Shown: piece by piece, positions 39,457-51,180 of the stretch
How positions within the stretch are numbered: position 1 is the stretch's first letter
Layout: the number at the start of each line of letters is the position of its first letter
Source: Octopus sinensis
Lineage: Eukaryota
Assembly (NCBI RefSeq): GCF_006345805.1
Contig: NC_043005.1
Coordinates: forward strand, 26,784,001-26,848,000
DNA: 64,000 nt
Direction of reading: 5' to 3'
The notes under the pieces: generated by a model
What the model saw: only the letters and a program-made list of their open reading frames with translations
What the model was told of the DNA's origin: nothing
Database searches by the model: none
Position numbers and translations under genes: made by a program

Positions 39457-39858
39457 GCATTAAATAGCTGAAGGTTTAAAATCAATCAAAGGACATAACT
39501 AAGTATGTCTACCAGCTGGAAATAACAGTCAAGACTCTTATTCAAATAAGAGTTTTGACTGTTATTTCTAGCAGGTAGACATACTTAGTGTGTCCTTTGA
39601 TTGATTTTAATCCTTCAACTAGATAGATAGATATTGTAGAGAACGAGAACTCTATCTTTAGTTATAGACAGAGTTCTCGTTCTCTACAATAACTATCCGA
39701 AGGATTAAAATTAATCAAAGGACACACTAAGTATGTCTACCTGCTAGAAATAACAGTCAAAACTCTTATTTAAATAAGAGTCTTGACTGTTATTTCCAGC
39801 TGGTAGACATACTTAGTTATGTCCTTTGATTGATTTTAAACCTTCAGCTACTTAATGC
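39457..39858. repeat. 402-bp nested palindrome (hairpin-hairpin-hairpin)
   Basis: Outer arms GCATTAA.TAGCTGAAGG / CCTTCAGCTA.TTAATGC. Each arm is itself a hairpin centred on CTCTTATT.AAATAAGAG. The central hairpin is TTGTAGAGAACGAGAACTCT / AGAGTTCTCGTTCTCTACAA. Confidence 0.92.
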
Positions 39859-41029
39859 TTTTTGGGGCCTGCAATTCACAGTGAATATGCTAGGGATACC
39901 TTACTGAAAGGTTCTCAACAAGTTTTTTTTTCTTTTTCTTTTAATTATGGACCCCATTGCTATTCAACATTTTAAATAATCCTATTTCATTTTTATCAGG
40001 TATTAAAAAAAAAAAGAATACTCTATTGATTGCAAAAGTAGAAGTGATGTTTTTCATCGTAGCCACTGGTTTAGTCGGACAAACCGAATCCAAAATTATC
40101 ATCCGTCCACGTTACATGTTATAATAAAAAGATGATCTGTTGTTAATTTAGTAAAAAATAACATCACTCAGAAAGTATTGAGCCCCTCTTTAAGAAGTTA
40201 TTAAACCTCTCAAGAACGATCTTCAATGGATTCCTCACGTTCGTTGCAGGCGGAGTAACGAACGATTCAGGAAACCCTGCTTTACGCTCAGGACTCAATA
40301 CGATCTCGCATCATCGTGATGTTGTTGGACCGCTCAATAGAATCGGATACCGTTGCGACACATACTTAAGAAATGATCCTTAAAAGCATGGTTTTAATTT
40401 TCAGCAGCTAACCAGCAAGTTAATATACATGTTGCTGTTCTAATTATGTAGTTGTGTCAAAGAATGCAATTAACTGAGAAATTAATTAATTTTTCAAGTA
40501 AATCTAAACTTAAATAAATCTTTTCATTTTTAAAGTTATTCTAAATTGTTCTGTATCAAAATATTGAGAAAATACATGAGGTTTAGTATGTATAAACTGG
40601 TTTGTATAAAGTATTTCTGTTAAATTTTGTGATTCAACCATCAGCTTCTTCTAATAAAACTGTGCTCCGAAATCTATCCAGAAACATCGGAAACAAAAAC
40701 ATCGCATGAAGCTAAAAAATAACTGACAAAGGATAGGACTATATCCGAGTAAGTAATACACATTGAAATTTATTGCTATTTTCCAAACGAAATTATGTAT
40801 TTTAACTTGATATCATCTCCAACCATGTAAACATGCTTGATACATTACGATCCATCAACACCAGATCATCTCCGGCCCCAAACACCATGTACAAAAAACT
40901 ACGAATAAATTAAATAATACCGGTATTATTCAACCCAAGAAGAAAGAAGAAGAAGAAGAAGAAGAAGAAGAAGAAGAAGAAGAAGAAGAAGAAGAAGAAG
41001 AAGAAGAAGAAGAAGAAGAAGAAGAAGAA

Positions 41030-41967
41030 GAAAACACAACAAAAGCTATAAAGCAAATGAAATCAAAACTAAAACTAGAACAGCAACGGACCATGATAAA
41101 ACGATGGCAAGAAAAGCCTCTTCGTGGCAAATACTGGACTAAACTAAATGCAAAAGAAATAGACAAAGAAAAATCCCAGCAGTGGTTGAGAAGCTCAGGA
41201 CTCAAGGCAGAGACAGAGGGGTTTTTAATTGCAGCACAAGACCAAAGCCTCCCCACCAGGAATTACCAAAAACATGTAATGAAAAGAAATATAACAAGTA
41301 ACTGCAGAATATGAGGAGATGGACAAGAAACAATAAATCATATTATCTCTGGCTGCCCAGTCCTAGCTAAGAAGGAATATATTCACAGACACGACAGTGT
41401 TGGAATCTACATACACTGGAAGCTATGCCAACATTATGGAATAACAACAGAAAAAAGATGGTATAGGCACATACCAGGAAAGGTCACAGAAAACGAGAAA
41501 GCAACCATACTCTGGGATATGCCAATACACACAGATAGAGAAATTAAGGTCAACAGACCAGATATATTTGTCAGAGATCATGAAGAAAAAAATGATTTCT
41601 AATTGATGTATCAATACCAGCAGATGACAACGTTTCTCTAAAAGAAATGGAGAAACTTTCAAAATACAAAGACCTGGAAATAGAGGTAACTAGAATGTGG
41701 AATCTAAAAACAGAAACAATTCCTATCATAGTGGGTGCATTAGGCATGATAAAAAATATTCAGACAAATACATAACAAAAACACCAGGACTTACAAACAC
41801 ATATAACATACAGAAAATTGCACTACTAGGCACTGCACACATCCTACGCAGAACACTTTCAATACAGTAACCATCAGAGCATCACAACAAATCACAGCAC
41901 ATACCCAAGACACACAGAGCTGCGCTCGGTAGTGAAGTGAAAGCACGTTATAAAAATAAAATTACTG
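41030..41967 (+). mobile_element. R4/Dong-like LINE 3' half (same family as 2992-4313)
   Basis: WQEKPLRGKY, LKAETEGFLIAAQDQSL, CCHC knuckle CRI*GDGQETINHIISGC, RHD, ILWD, RPD...LIDVSIP. Preceded by (GAA)n and followed by (GAT)/(AAT)n. Confidence 0.92.
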
Positions 41968-42001
41968 AATGATGATGACGATGATGATGATGATGATGAT
42001 C

Positions 42002-42071
<70 letters not shown>

Positions 42072-42088
42072 TAATAATAATAATAATA

Positions 42089-42144
<56 letters not shown>

Positions 42145-42145
42145 G

Positions 42146-42700
42146 TTTCTTTATTGGCCACACAGGGCTGCACACGGATGGGACAAGTTACAAGGTAGAG
42201 CTTTTCTTTTGGGGGATGAAAAAAACAAAAAACAAAAGAAAAAAAAAGGTGGCGTAGGTTTTCGATCAAAAGGGTTCGTAAAAGGTAAAAAGAAGAAGAA
42301 AAAAAATTTTTTTCAGTAAATAAATAAATAAAAAAAAGAAGAAAAGGAAAAGGAACAAAAGAAAAGAGAAATGAAAAAAGAAGAAAAAAGGGAAAGAGGA
42401 AAACAAAACGATCAATAGGGATCGTGTATCACAGTGTTATGATATATGGTGTAAAGGGGAAAGCAAGTAAGGTTTATCCGTGGGAAGAAAAGCCTACGAA
42501 AAAGACCACGGTAACCTTGGTCAATATTGTTATATGTTACCACATTTGTTTGCAAGTGGGTAACCCTCTGTTTTCAATTTCTGGGTTCATAGGATTATGC
42601 TCAAGGTGGCTTCGTCATTCATACGTGCCATCCTTGCTACATTCACCCATCTTTTTTAAAAACATTCGCTAGACAGCCACCCACGTGCTCTGGCTATTTG
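42146..42700 (-). mobile_element. 3' end of a probable Tx1/L1-like LINE abutting (GATA)n
   Basis: Relic C-terminus LSSECF-KKRWVNVARMARMNDEATLSIIL*, a pyrimidine-rich 3' UTR, and a terminus GTGTGGCCAATAAAGAAAC. The clade assignment is tentative. Confidence 0.45.
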
Positions 42701-43199
42701 CATTATTTGTTGATGTTGTCGCCGTTGTTAAGAAACCTCAGGTCAGTCTTGATTGATGTAACAACATTAAATGCCATTACAGCTGGGTCTGTCTGTTCAA
42801 TCTTTTTTATTAATACATTGGTAGGAGATAGGTAGATTTCTCTAGCATGTCACGATTGCAATCGGCATATTGTTATCTATAAGTGCTATTGTAATTTTCT
42901 GTTGCTGTGGTTGTGGTTCTTGTCATCCCTGCTGTCACTCGGTACTGGGAAATACTAAGGAATTCTTGCCTGTAAAAAATTGCGAGACTGCAAAAACAGA
43001 AGCCATGGAAATGTGACAAATGATGTGAAATCTCCATTGCTGACGTCATTGCTGTTCAAGTGTGCCACCTGCTCACCATACTGCGTATACATATATAACT
43101 CACAAATGGACAAGCACACACACACACACACATGCACAGGCACACACACACACACATGCACACGCGCGCGCGCTGTGTGACCGTTGTATTAACTGCAAG

Positions 43200-43316
43200 C
43201 TCAAACATCTAACACCACTTTCACTACCCCTTCTACTACAACTACTATTACAACAATTACTACTGCTACAGCTACTACTATTACTACAACTAATACTACT
43301 ACAATTACTACAGCCG

Positions 43317-43355
<39 letters not shown>

Positions 43356-45130
43356 GTGCTGCTGCTACTACTACTACTACCTACTACTGCTACTTCAACA
43401 ACTACAGCTAGTGCTGCTACTACTAATACTACTTCTGCTGCTGTCACTACTACTACTACTACTACTACTACTTCCAGTGCTGCTTCCGCTACTACTACTA
43501 CTTCAACAACTACAGCTGCTGCTGCTGCTACTACTACTACTTCTACTGTTGCTACCGCTACTACTATTATTACTACTACTGCTGTTGCTGCCACTGCTGC
43601 TTCTACGGCCAATTCTCTAGCTCTGAGTACCAGCACAATTATTACAACGAAGCGATCTACCATCTCCTGTAGTACCACTACTTCTACAAACACCTCCTGC
43701 CATTCCTGTGACCGCCACTGCCATTCCTATGACGACCGCTACCACTGAAACCAACGATACCACTACTACCACCACTACCGTCACAACCACCACGACTGTT
43801 ATAACACCCATATTCACAACCAAGACTTACTGTTATCAACATCTTACCACCAAATCAACACCATCACTACAGCCAGCACACTATCACGACTGCCAACAAC
43901 ACTATCACGACTGCCACCACCTCCACCGCCACCGCTACCACCATCACCACCACTGCCGCCGTCTCCACCACCATCGCCACCACCATCACCACCATCGTTG
44001 CAACCGCCTCCACCACAACCGCCACCGCCACCAGCACCATCATCACCATTACCACCACCACCACTACCATCACCACCACCACCACTATCATCACCACTAC
44101 TACCACCACCATCACCACTACCACCAACACCACCACTACCACCACTACCATCATCACCATTACCACCACCACTACTACCATCACCACTATCTCTACCACC
44201 ATCTCCGCCATCATCACCACCACCACCATCACCACTACCACCACCGTCGCCGCCATCTTCACCACCGCCGCTACCACCACCATTACAACCATGACCACAA
44301 TCATTGCTATCAACATCATTCCTAATACCTCCACCCCTACTCCCACCAATACCACCCCCAGTGCCACCACTGCGGCACCTGCACTATCACTGTCACTACT
44401 AAATGATCGCGACCACTACTACTTCCAACACAGCTCTAACTAATACCAAGGGGCTAAACATAGAGGAGACAAACAAGGACAGACATAGGTATTAAGTCGA
44501 TTACATCGACCCCAGTGCGTAACTGGTACTTAATTTATCGACCTCGGCGGAATTTGAACTCACAACGTAACGGCAGACGAAATACCGCTAAGCATTTCGT
44601 CCGGCGTGCTAACGTTTCTGCCAGCTCGCTCTAACTAATACCACTTACTGTACAATTACCACCACTGCTACCACTATAACTAACACCATTACAACCCCTC
44701 CACATTACCACCTCCAGCTTAAACACCACGAACATCGCAACTACCACTACAACCATCGTCTATACCACTCTCTGCACGTCATCATTATCATTGCCACCAC
44801 CACTTCTACAACACCCAAACTACCACAGCCGGTGTAATACCATTATCACCACTACTACAAGGGTCATACTACCACCATTACTACCAGCTTTTACCACCAC
44901 AAGAACTACAGCGTCACAATATCCTATTCCTGCCATCGTTAGTAACAACACAACAACAGCCACCATCTCTTCTACTGCCTTACGCTAACAGCATCACTGC
45001 TACCATACTTACTACATCATGACCATCTACTCACACTATTACCGTACCTGCCACCACCAGTACTACCACACACACACTACCAATACTACTATTCCACCAG
45101 CACTACCGCCGGTTCAACAACTGCCAACTA
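43200..45130. repeat. 1.9-kb degenerate trinucleotide array (ACT/GCT/CAC/CAT)
   Basis: Direct reading. Confidence 0.9.
44449..44627 (-). mobile_element. S1 SINE with 14-16 bp target-site duplication
   Basis: GCTCTAACTAATACCA at 44433-44448 and 44628-44643. Confidence 0.9.
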
Positions 45131-45138
45131 ACACAATA

Positions 45139-45549
45139 CTCTTTACTCTTTTTTACTCTTTTACTTGTTTCAGTCATTTGACTGTGGCCATGCTGGAGCA
45201 CCGCCTTTTAGTGAGCAAATCGACCCCAGGACATATTCTTTGTAAGTGTCTATTGCCGAACCGCTAAGTTGCGAGGACGTAATCACACCAGCATCGGTTG
45301 TCAAGCGATGTTGGGGGGGACAAACACAGACACACAAACATACACACGCACACATGTATATATATATATATATATATATATACATACATATATACGACGG
45401 GCTTCTTTCAGTTTCCGTCTACCAAATCCACTGACAAGGCTTTGGTCGGCCCGAAGCTATAGTAGAAGACACTTGCCCAAGATGCCACGCAGTGAGATTG
45501 AACCCGGAACCATGTGGTTCGTAAACAAGCTACTTACTTAGCCATTCCT
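45139..45549 (-). mobile_element. S2 SINE
   Basis: Full-length with internal (TA)n. Confidence 0.85.
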
Positions 45550-45550
45550 A

Positions 45551-45815
45551 CCGTAAAGCATTTCCGCCGGCGCGCTAATGTTTCTTATTTCTTTATTGCC
45601 CACAAGTGGCTAAACAGAGGGGACAAACTAGGACAGACAAACGGATTAAGCCGATTACATCGACTCCAGTGCGTAACTGGTACTTAATTTATCGACTCCG
45701 AAAAGATGAAAGGCAAAGTCGACCTCGATGGAACTCGAACTCAGAAAGCAACGGCGAATGAAATACCACAAAGCATTTTGCCCGGCGCGCTAACGTTTCT
45801 GCCAGCTCGCCGCCT
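45551..45815 (-). mobile_element. S1 SINE joined tail-to-head to a second S1 head
   Basis: Junction GCTAATGTTTC|TTATTTCTTTATTGCCC at about 45574. Confidence 0.8.
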
Positions 45816-46199
45816 ATGATATTTAAATTGCCAAAAGTTTAAATATCATAGACATCACTAACAAGAGTTTATGACTTGGTGGAATGTACCATGTTTTTGC
45901 TAATTGCTTTATATGTCTACGTAGTCGTGAAGACAACGACAGCTTCTTGGCCCTTCCACACCGAATGTATGACAACTGGGTAATGGGTTAGCTGCACCGG
46001 TGCTCGGTGGTTACTCATTTTCATATCACGTTACTCAAATCTACCTGAGTAACATGGTATGAAGTTTCACTTTTTAAGTTTATCTCCATAGATTTTTGCT
46101 ATAAAATTCATAGCCAGTATAGCAAGTTACGGCGTTTCATAAACAAATACGTCTGTGTAAAGACAACAAAATAATGTGTCCTTGCCAACAACTAATGTG

Positions 46200-47018
46200 G
46201 GCTGTCTCCTATTTTATCGTCGTAAAATAAATTAAGAAAATAATTTTATTTAATTTATACCCAGTCCACCATCGACCACTTACGGAACTTCGTTGATCCA
46301 AAAAATCTAGAACGCATAACCAACGAATTGAAAGGCAGTGGAGCCACCTTAAAAAGAAAATGCGTCGTCAGTATGGGACGAGTCGAGAATTATTTCACTC
46401 GTTTCTTTCAGAATTTATTTGGTGCAATTGGACAGTTGGTAACAATCATTTCAGTCGAATATTACAAGCTATTCGTGTATAGCTAGTTATATTTTTATTT
46501 GGCGATTAACTTCCTCATACGTATGCTCTTTGCTCTTTTACTTGTTTCAGTCATTTGACTGCGGCCATGCTGGAGCACCGCCTTTAATCGAGCAACTCGA
46601 CCCCGGGACTTATTCTTTTGTAAGCCCAGTACTTATTCTATCGGTCTCTTTTGCCGAACCGCTAAGTAACGGGGACGTAAACACACCAGCATCGGTTGTC
46701 AAGCAATGCTAGGGGGACAAACACAGACACACAAACATACAAGCACACACATATATATATACATATATACGACGGGCTTCTTTCAGTTTCCGTCTATCAA
46801 ATCCACTCATTGGTCGGCCCGGGGCTATAGCAGAAGACACTTGCCCAAGGTGCCACGCAGTGGGACTGAACCCGGAACCATGTGGTTGGTTAGCAAGCTA
46901 CTTACCACACAGCCACTCCTATGTTTTTTATCATTAATAAATGCCTTATTTTCTTCACATCAGCTTAAACAAAATTGTTTTCCTAATTTATTTTACGACG
47001 ATAAAATAGGAGACCACC
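46200..47018 (+). mobile_element. Merlin (IS1595-related) non-autonomous DNA transposon
   Basis: About 35-bp TIRs (GG..GTCTCCTATTTTATCGTCGTAAAATAAATTA), an imperfect 8-bp TSD CTAATGTG/TTAATGCG, and a relic C-terminus DHLRNFVDP / QRIERQWSHLKKK...GTSRELFHSFLSEFIW. Confidence 0.8.
46526..46920 (-). mobile_element. S2 SINE nested in the Merlin element
   Basis: Full-length S2. Confidence 0.9.
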
Positions 47019-47297
47019 TTAATGCGATATGAAGTTACTGGCTCGAGGAAACCGAACCCACAAACTGATGATCTTTAACCCAACATTCTAACTACTAAGC
47101 CACGCCCTTTGCCAAATTTATATTGTAGATATAAAAGCTTGTTACTCAAATGCAATAATATATTCATAGCTAGTTGAACTTTAGTCTCAGGTCAATAGTG
47201 ATAAAATTTGACATTTGATCAAAGGCGTTCTAAATCTGACCATCCAGTTTTTTTTAAAGGACGTCAGACTACAACACCATATTTGTTCTGTCACGAC

Positions 47298-47299
<2 letters not shown>

Positions 47300-47340
<41 letters not shown>

Positions 47341-47540
47341 TGTGTTTGTCCCCTCATCATCGCTTGACAACCGATGATGGTGGGTTTACGACCCCGTAAC
47401 TTAGCGGTTTGGCGAAAGAAATCGATAGAATAAGTACTAAGCTTACAAAGAATACGTTCTGGATTCGATCTGCTCGACTAAAGGCGGTGCTCCAGCATGG
47501 CCGCAGTCAAATGACTGAAACAAATAAATGAATAAAAGAA
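47300..47540 (+). mobile_element. S2 SINE 3' half
   Basis: (GT)n followed by the S2 tail. Confidence 0.75.
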
Positions 47541-47739
47541 TAAGATTATTATGTATGTATAAACACCTTCTACGCTACAATTGTTTTCGTTCCAGCACAC
47601 GATCTCAGATCAAGTCATTCGCTATGCAAGTACATCTCCGTAAATATATATATAGGTAGGTAGATAAGTATTAACAAGGAGAATGGAGTGAGCAATACTT
47701 TTTATGGCATAATTCTACAATTGTTTCATCGACATTTTG

Positions 47740-48285
47740 ACATTATCCACCAGAACATTCCAATACTGAGACAGGACCCAAGAATGAAACAGGCACTTGG
47801 AATTCACAAAATATCCAAACGCAAAAGACATTCAAAATCCATAGAAAAAAACTACATACCAGCACTAAATTACACCCCACAAACTCTACACCAACAGTCA
47901 AAAAGTGTAGCCACCCTACTTGTTGGAGTTGCATCAGCCTCATTCAAGACAAAACTTACAGATTTAAAGCAGGACAGATTTTTACCATAAAATATCATTT
48001 TATCTGTTCGTCATAAGATTTAACATATGTTATCAAATGTAAAGGATGTATCAAGGATTACATCAGCAAAACAAATCTTCCTCTGATGAATAGACTAGCT
48101 GTTCATCACCAGCAAATACGAGACCCCAGTATTAGACAGATCCCACTGAGTGGTCACATAGACATGTACAAAACATAGATCAACCAAATTCCAAGTCTTC
48201 CCCCTTTATCTTGTTCAAGCAATACCACAGATCAAGCACGAAGAAAGACAATATATTCATACAAAAATACTAACTAAGACAGTAT
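47740..48285 (+). mobile_element. Penelope-like element relic: CxxxxCxxC linker plus GIY-YIG endonuclease
   Basis: One frame from 47906 reads CSHPTCWSC...*DLTYVIKCKGCIKDYISKTNLPLMNRLAVHHQQIR...LSGHI. Confidence 0.8.
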
Positions 48286-49219
48286 AGATTTCAACAAAGT
48301 ACATTCGCCAACAACTATTCACACACAAACTCATTCTGCCGCTTGACGTATGGAATTTATACAGCTAGCAACCTAAATTTTATCATGACTTTTTTCTATA
48401 TGACACTGACGCACAAATTTAGTGATCAAAATTTTATGCCTACATACATATATACAAATCATAACCATTTACCCACTGGGATACGTAGAAACAACCCCCT
48501 GCCCATTTACCTCTTGACAAATTAAATTTAGAGAGCCTTGATTGTTGAGACTCTTACTAGACACGTTCACTCAACAGTGTCAGCCTCAATTTCTGGTGCT
48601 AAAAATATTGTCACATGATATTAACGCACCGGACACAGCGGGAAGATTACAAAAATCCCTATGTCTAATCACTTGATCATCCACTACCACACTTGACAGA
48701 TTAAATTCCGAAAGACTTGATTGTTTGAGACTATCACTAAACACGTTCACCCGACCATGACAACCTTAAATTACGGCGCCAAACATATTGTCACATGATA
48801 TTAACAAACGGACGTAGTGGGGAACTTACAAAAGTTTCTAAGTCTAATGACGCGAATATCCTCGGCTAATCAAATCGTATCCAATACAGATACTAATCTG
48901 ATTCATGCTTTGTATAAAAACAAGAGATTTTCGAACTCCAGTCAGAGGCGACATAGTTTTGGTATGGCTGTACGTCTTCCTATCTCAAATTTTGAAAACC
49001 AGAGAAATCTGTAAAACCATAAAAAAAGTTTGTAAAAAGAAATCTGTAAAAAAGGCTTTAAAAATATAAAAATTTAAAAATAAAAGTGTTAAACGAATCT
49101 CAGTGCATTTTCAACTTTCTTCAAAATTTCTACCCATGTGGAACAAAATAACTTTTGCCACTGGAAAAAGTATATATATTTGCATTGAGAATCACTTTCC
49201 ATCGCCAACCGGTGATTGT

Positions 49220-49264
49220 CACACGCTGATGACGGATCAATATCCAGAGACCCGGGTCCGTGTG
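49220..49264 (+). ncRNA. Minimal type I hammerhead ribozyme-like motif (A14G variant)
   Basis: Stem I CACACG/CGTGTG, core CTGATGA, stem II GGAT/ATCC, GAGA in place of GAAA, palindromic stem III ACCCGGGT, and GTC cleavage triplet (49256-49258). Confidence 0.7.
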
Positions 49265-49306
49265 TATCACGTCAGGCTGGAAATGTGAACGATGACTTCC
49301 TTTTGC

Positions 49307-49702
49307 AAATACTGATAGGGCACAGACAGTGTGTCAATAGCCAGCTGGAGGAGATGTCTTCCTGGGGCTACAATCTACAGTAGCATCAACCCTTAAGGGT
49401 TAGCCACATTTAGGTGGAAAATATACTTCACGATATCGTGCAGTTACTGTTTATACGTCGCTCAGAAATTTATTATTGCTTATATATATATAGTATATCA
49501 AATAAAATACTGATAGGGCACAGACAGTGTGTCAATAGCCAGCTGGAGGAGATGTTTTCCTGGGGCTACAATCTACAGTAGCATCAACCCTTAAGGGTTA
49601 GCCACATTTAGGTGGCAAATATACTTCACGATATCGTGCAGTTACTGTTTATACGTCGCTCAGAAATTTATTATTGCTTATATATATATAGTATATCAAA
49701 TA
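49307..49702. repeat. Near-perfect tandem duplication, period 198 bp
   Basis: AAATACTGATAGGG at 49307 and 49505. The unit contains a relic arm of the 4862/10293 hairpin element. Confidence 0.92.
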
Positions 49703-49803
49703 AAAAAAAAACGAAGAACAAACACAAGAAAAAAAAACAACAACGTCAGGACGTGATACATGTAAAGTATTAGCAGACTCTCAGGGAAGGAAAGAAAGTT
49801 GGT

Positions 49804-49834
49804 TTTACGTTTCGAGCAAAGCTCTTCTTCAGAA
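49804..49834 (-). ncRNA. Second hammerhead-like core
   Basis: CTGAAGA-A-GAGC(TTT)GCTC-GAAAC-GTA with a loopless palindromic stem III ACGT. Stem I is only 2 bp. Confidence 0.45.
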
Positions 49835-50434
49835 GCAGGAGACAGAAGTAAGTCCAAGTGAAAAGGAAAAGGAGGAAAAAATCGCCAACGATTCACATGT
49901 GGTTGTATATATCAGCATATGTATATGTGTGTGTGTATGTATGCATGTATGTATACAAGTGTATATATATATATATATATATATATATTCGTTCATATTT
50001 GAGTGCGTCTGTACGCGCTTATACGGTTGGGTTTGTCTACGTGCGTGCGTTTGTCTGCTTCAGTACAAAATATCAAATTGATTAATTTTTAATATATTTT
50101 TGAGAAGCAATGGAAAAAAATATGAAAAAATGATGCGGTTTTCACGAAACTAATCAGATTAATTGAATATATAATGATAGCTGTTATCAGCTGTGGATGT
50201 GGTTGTTGGTTTCGTCGTTGTTATCGTTGCTGTTGCTGTTGTTGTTGTTGTTGCTGCTGCTGCTACTGCTGCTGCTGCTGCTACCACTCGTGCCAGTAAA
50301 AGTATTGCAGTTCGCTGTTTCTGTTGATGTTCTTAACGTAGCTGTTGTTTCTTGCGGCGATAACCGAAGTAAACCGATCGAACACGGCCTAAGGCAATCT
50401 AAAGAAATACATCGAAAGCGTAGTAGTAGTAGTT

Positions 50435-50480
<46 letters not shown>

Positions 50481-50778
50481 GAGGAGGAGGAGGAGGAGAT
50501 GGAATTATGATGATTTCTTTATTGCCCAAGGGTGCATCTGACTTAAAATGCAAGAATTCAGAAGGCGGCCCAGTTCCAAATTGAGTGGAATATATGTGGC
50601 GGGGGTAGGGAGTCGTGCCTATGTGTTTATATATGAAATATAAACATGTAAGTATACTTGTTTATATATGCCCATGTGTGCATATATGTGTGTGTGTATG
50701 TACATATATATATATATATATATATGCTGATATATATATATGTATATATATATATATGCATGTATAAATATGTATATG

Positions 50779-50824
<46 letters not shown>

Positions 50825-50828
50825 TATA

Positions 50829-50881
<53 letters not shown>

Positions 50882-50955
50882 GTATATGAACATATTTATG
50901 CGCATGTACATATACATATATATATTATGCATATATATACATATACACATACAAG

Positions 50956-51034
<79 letters not shown>

Positions 51035-51038
<4 letters not shown>

Positions 51039-51180
51039 TTAGCGGTTCGGCGAAAGAGTCCGATAGAATAAGTACTAGGCTTACAAAGAATAAGTCCTGG
51101 GGTCGATTAGCTCGACTAAAGGCGGTGCTCCAGCATGGCTGCAGTCAAATGGCTGAAACAAGTAAAAGAGTGAAGGAGTA
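51035..51180 (+). mobile_element. S2 SINE 3' end after a long (TA)n array (50630-51035)
   Basis: S2 tail sequence. Confidence 0.75.

Larger units (their letters stand above)
34477..40412. repeat. Complex local duplication: direct repeat (34477-35445 / 37139-38250) and inverted repeat (about 34785-36810 / 38669-40412)
   Basis: Long stretches align by eye, e.g. GGTATCCGATTCTATTGAGCGGTCC at about 34845 and 37510, with its reverse complement at about 40328. Confidence 0.9.

Noticed and set aside
35350-39858. Regularly recurring palindromes that superficially resemble a CRISPR array
   Set aside because: There are no unique spacers of constant length and no cas genes. The context is eukaryotic and the repeats are explained by nested inverted duplication.
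43062-44370. Mucin-like, His-rich and Pro-rich ORFs
   Set aside because: They come from a degenerate trinucleotide array open in multiple frames, with no non-repetitive coding context or splice support.
48086-48092. CTGATGA (also at about 2218 and 47066) as a hammerhead or snoRNA C box
   Set aside because: No GAAA, stems or D box at suitable spacing. The 48086 copy lies within GIY-YIG codons.
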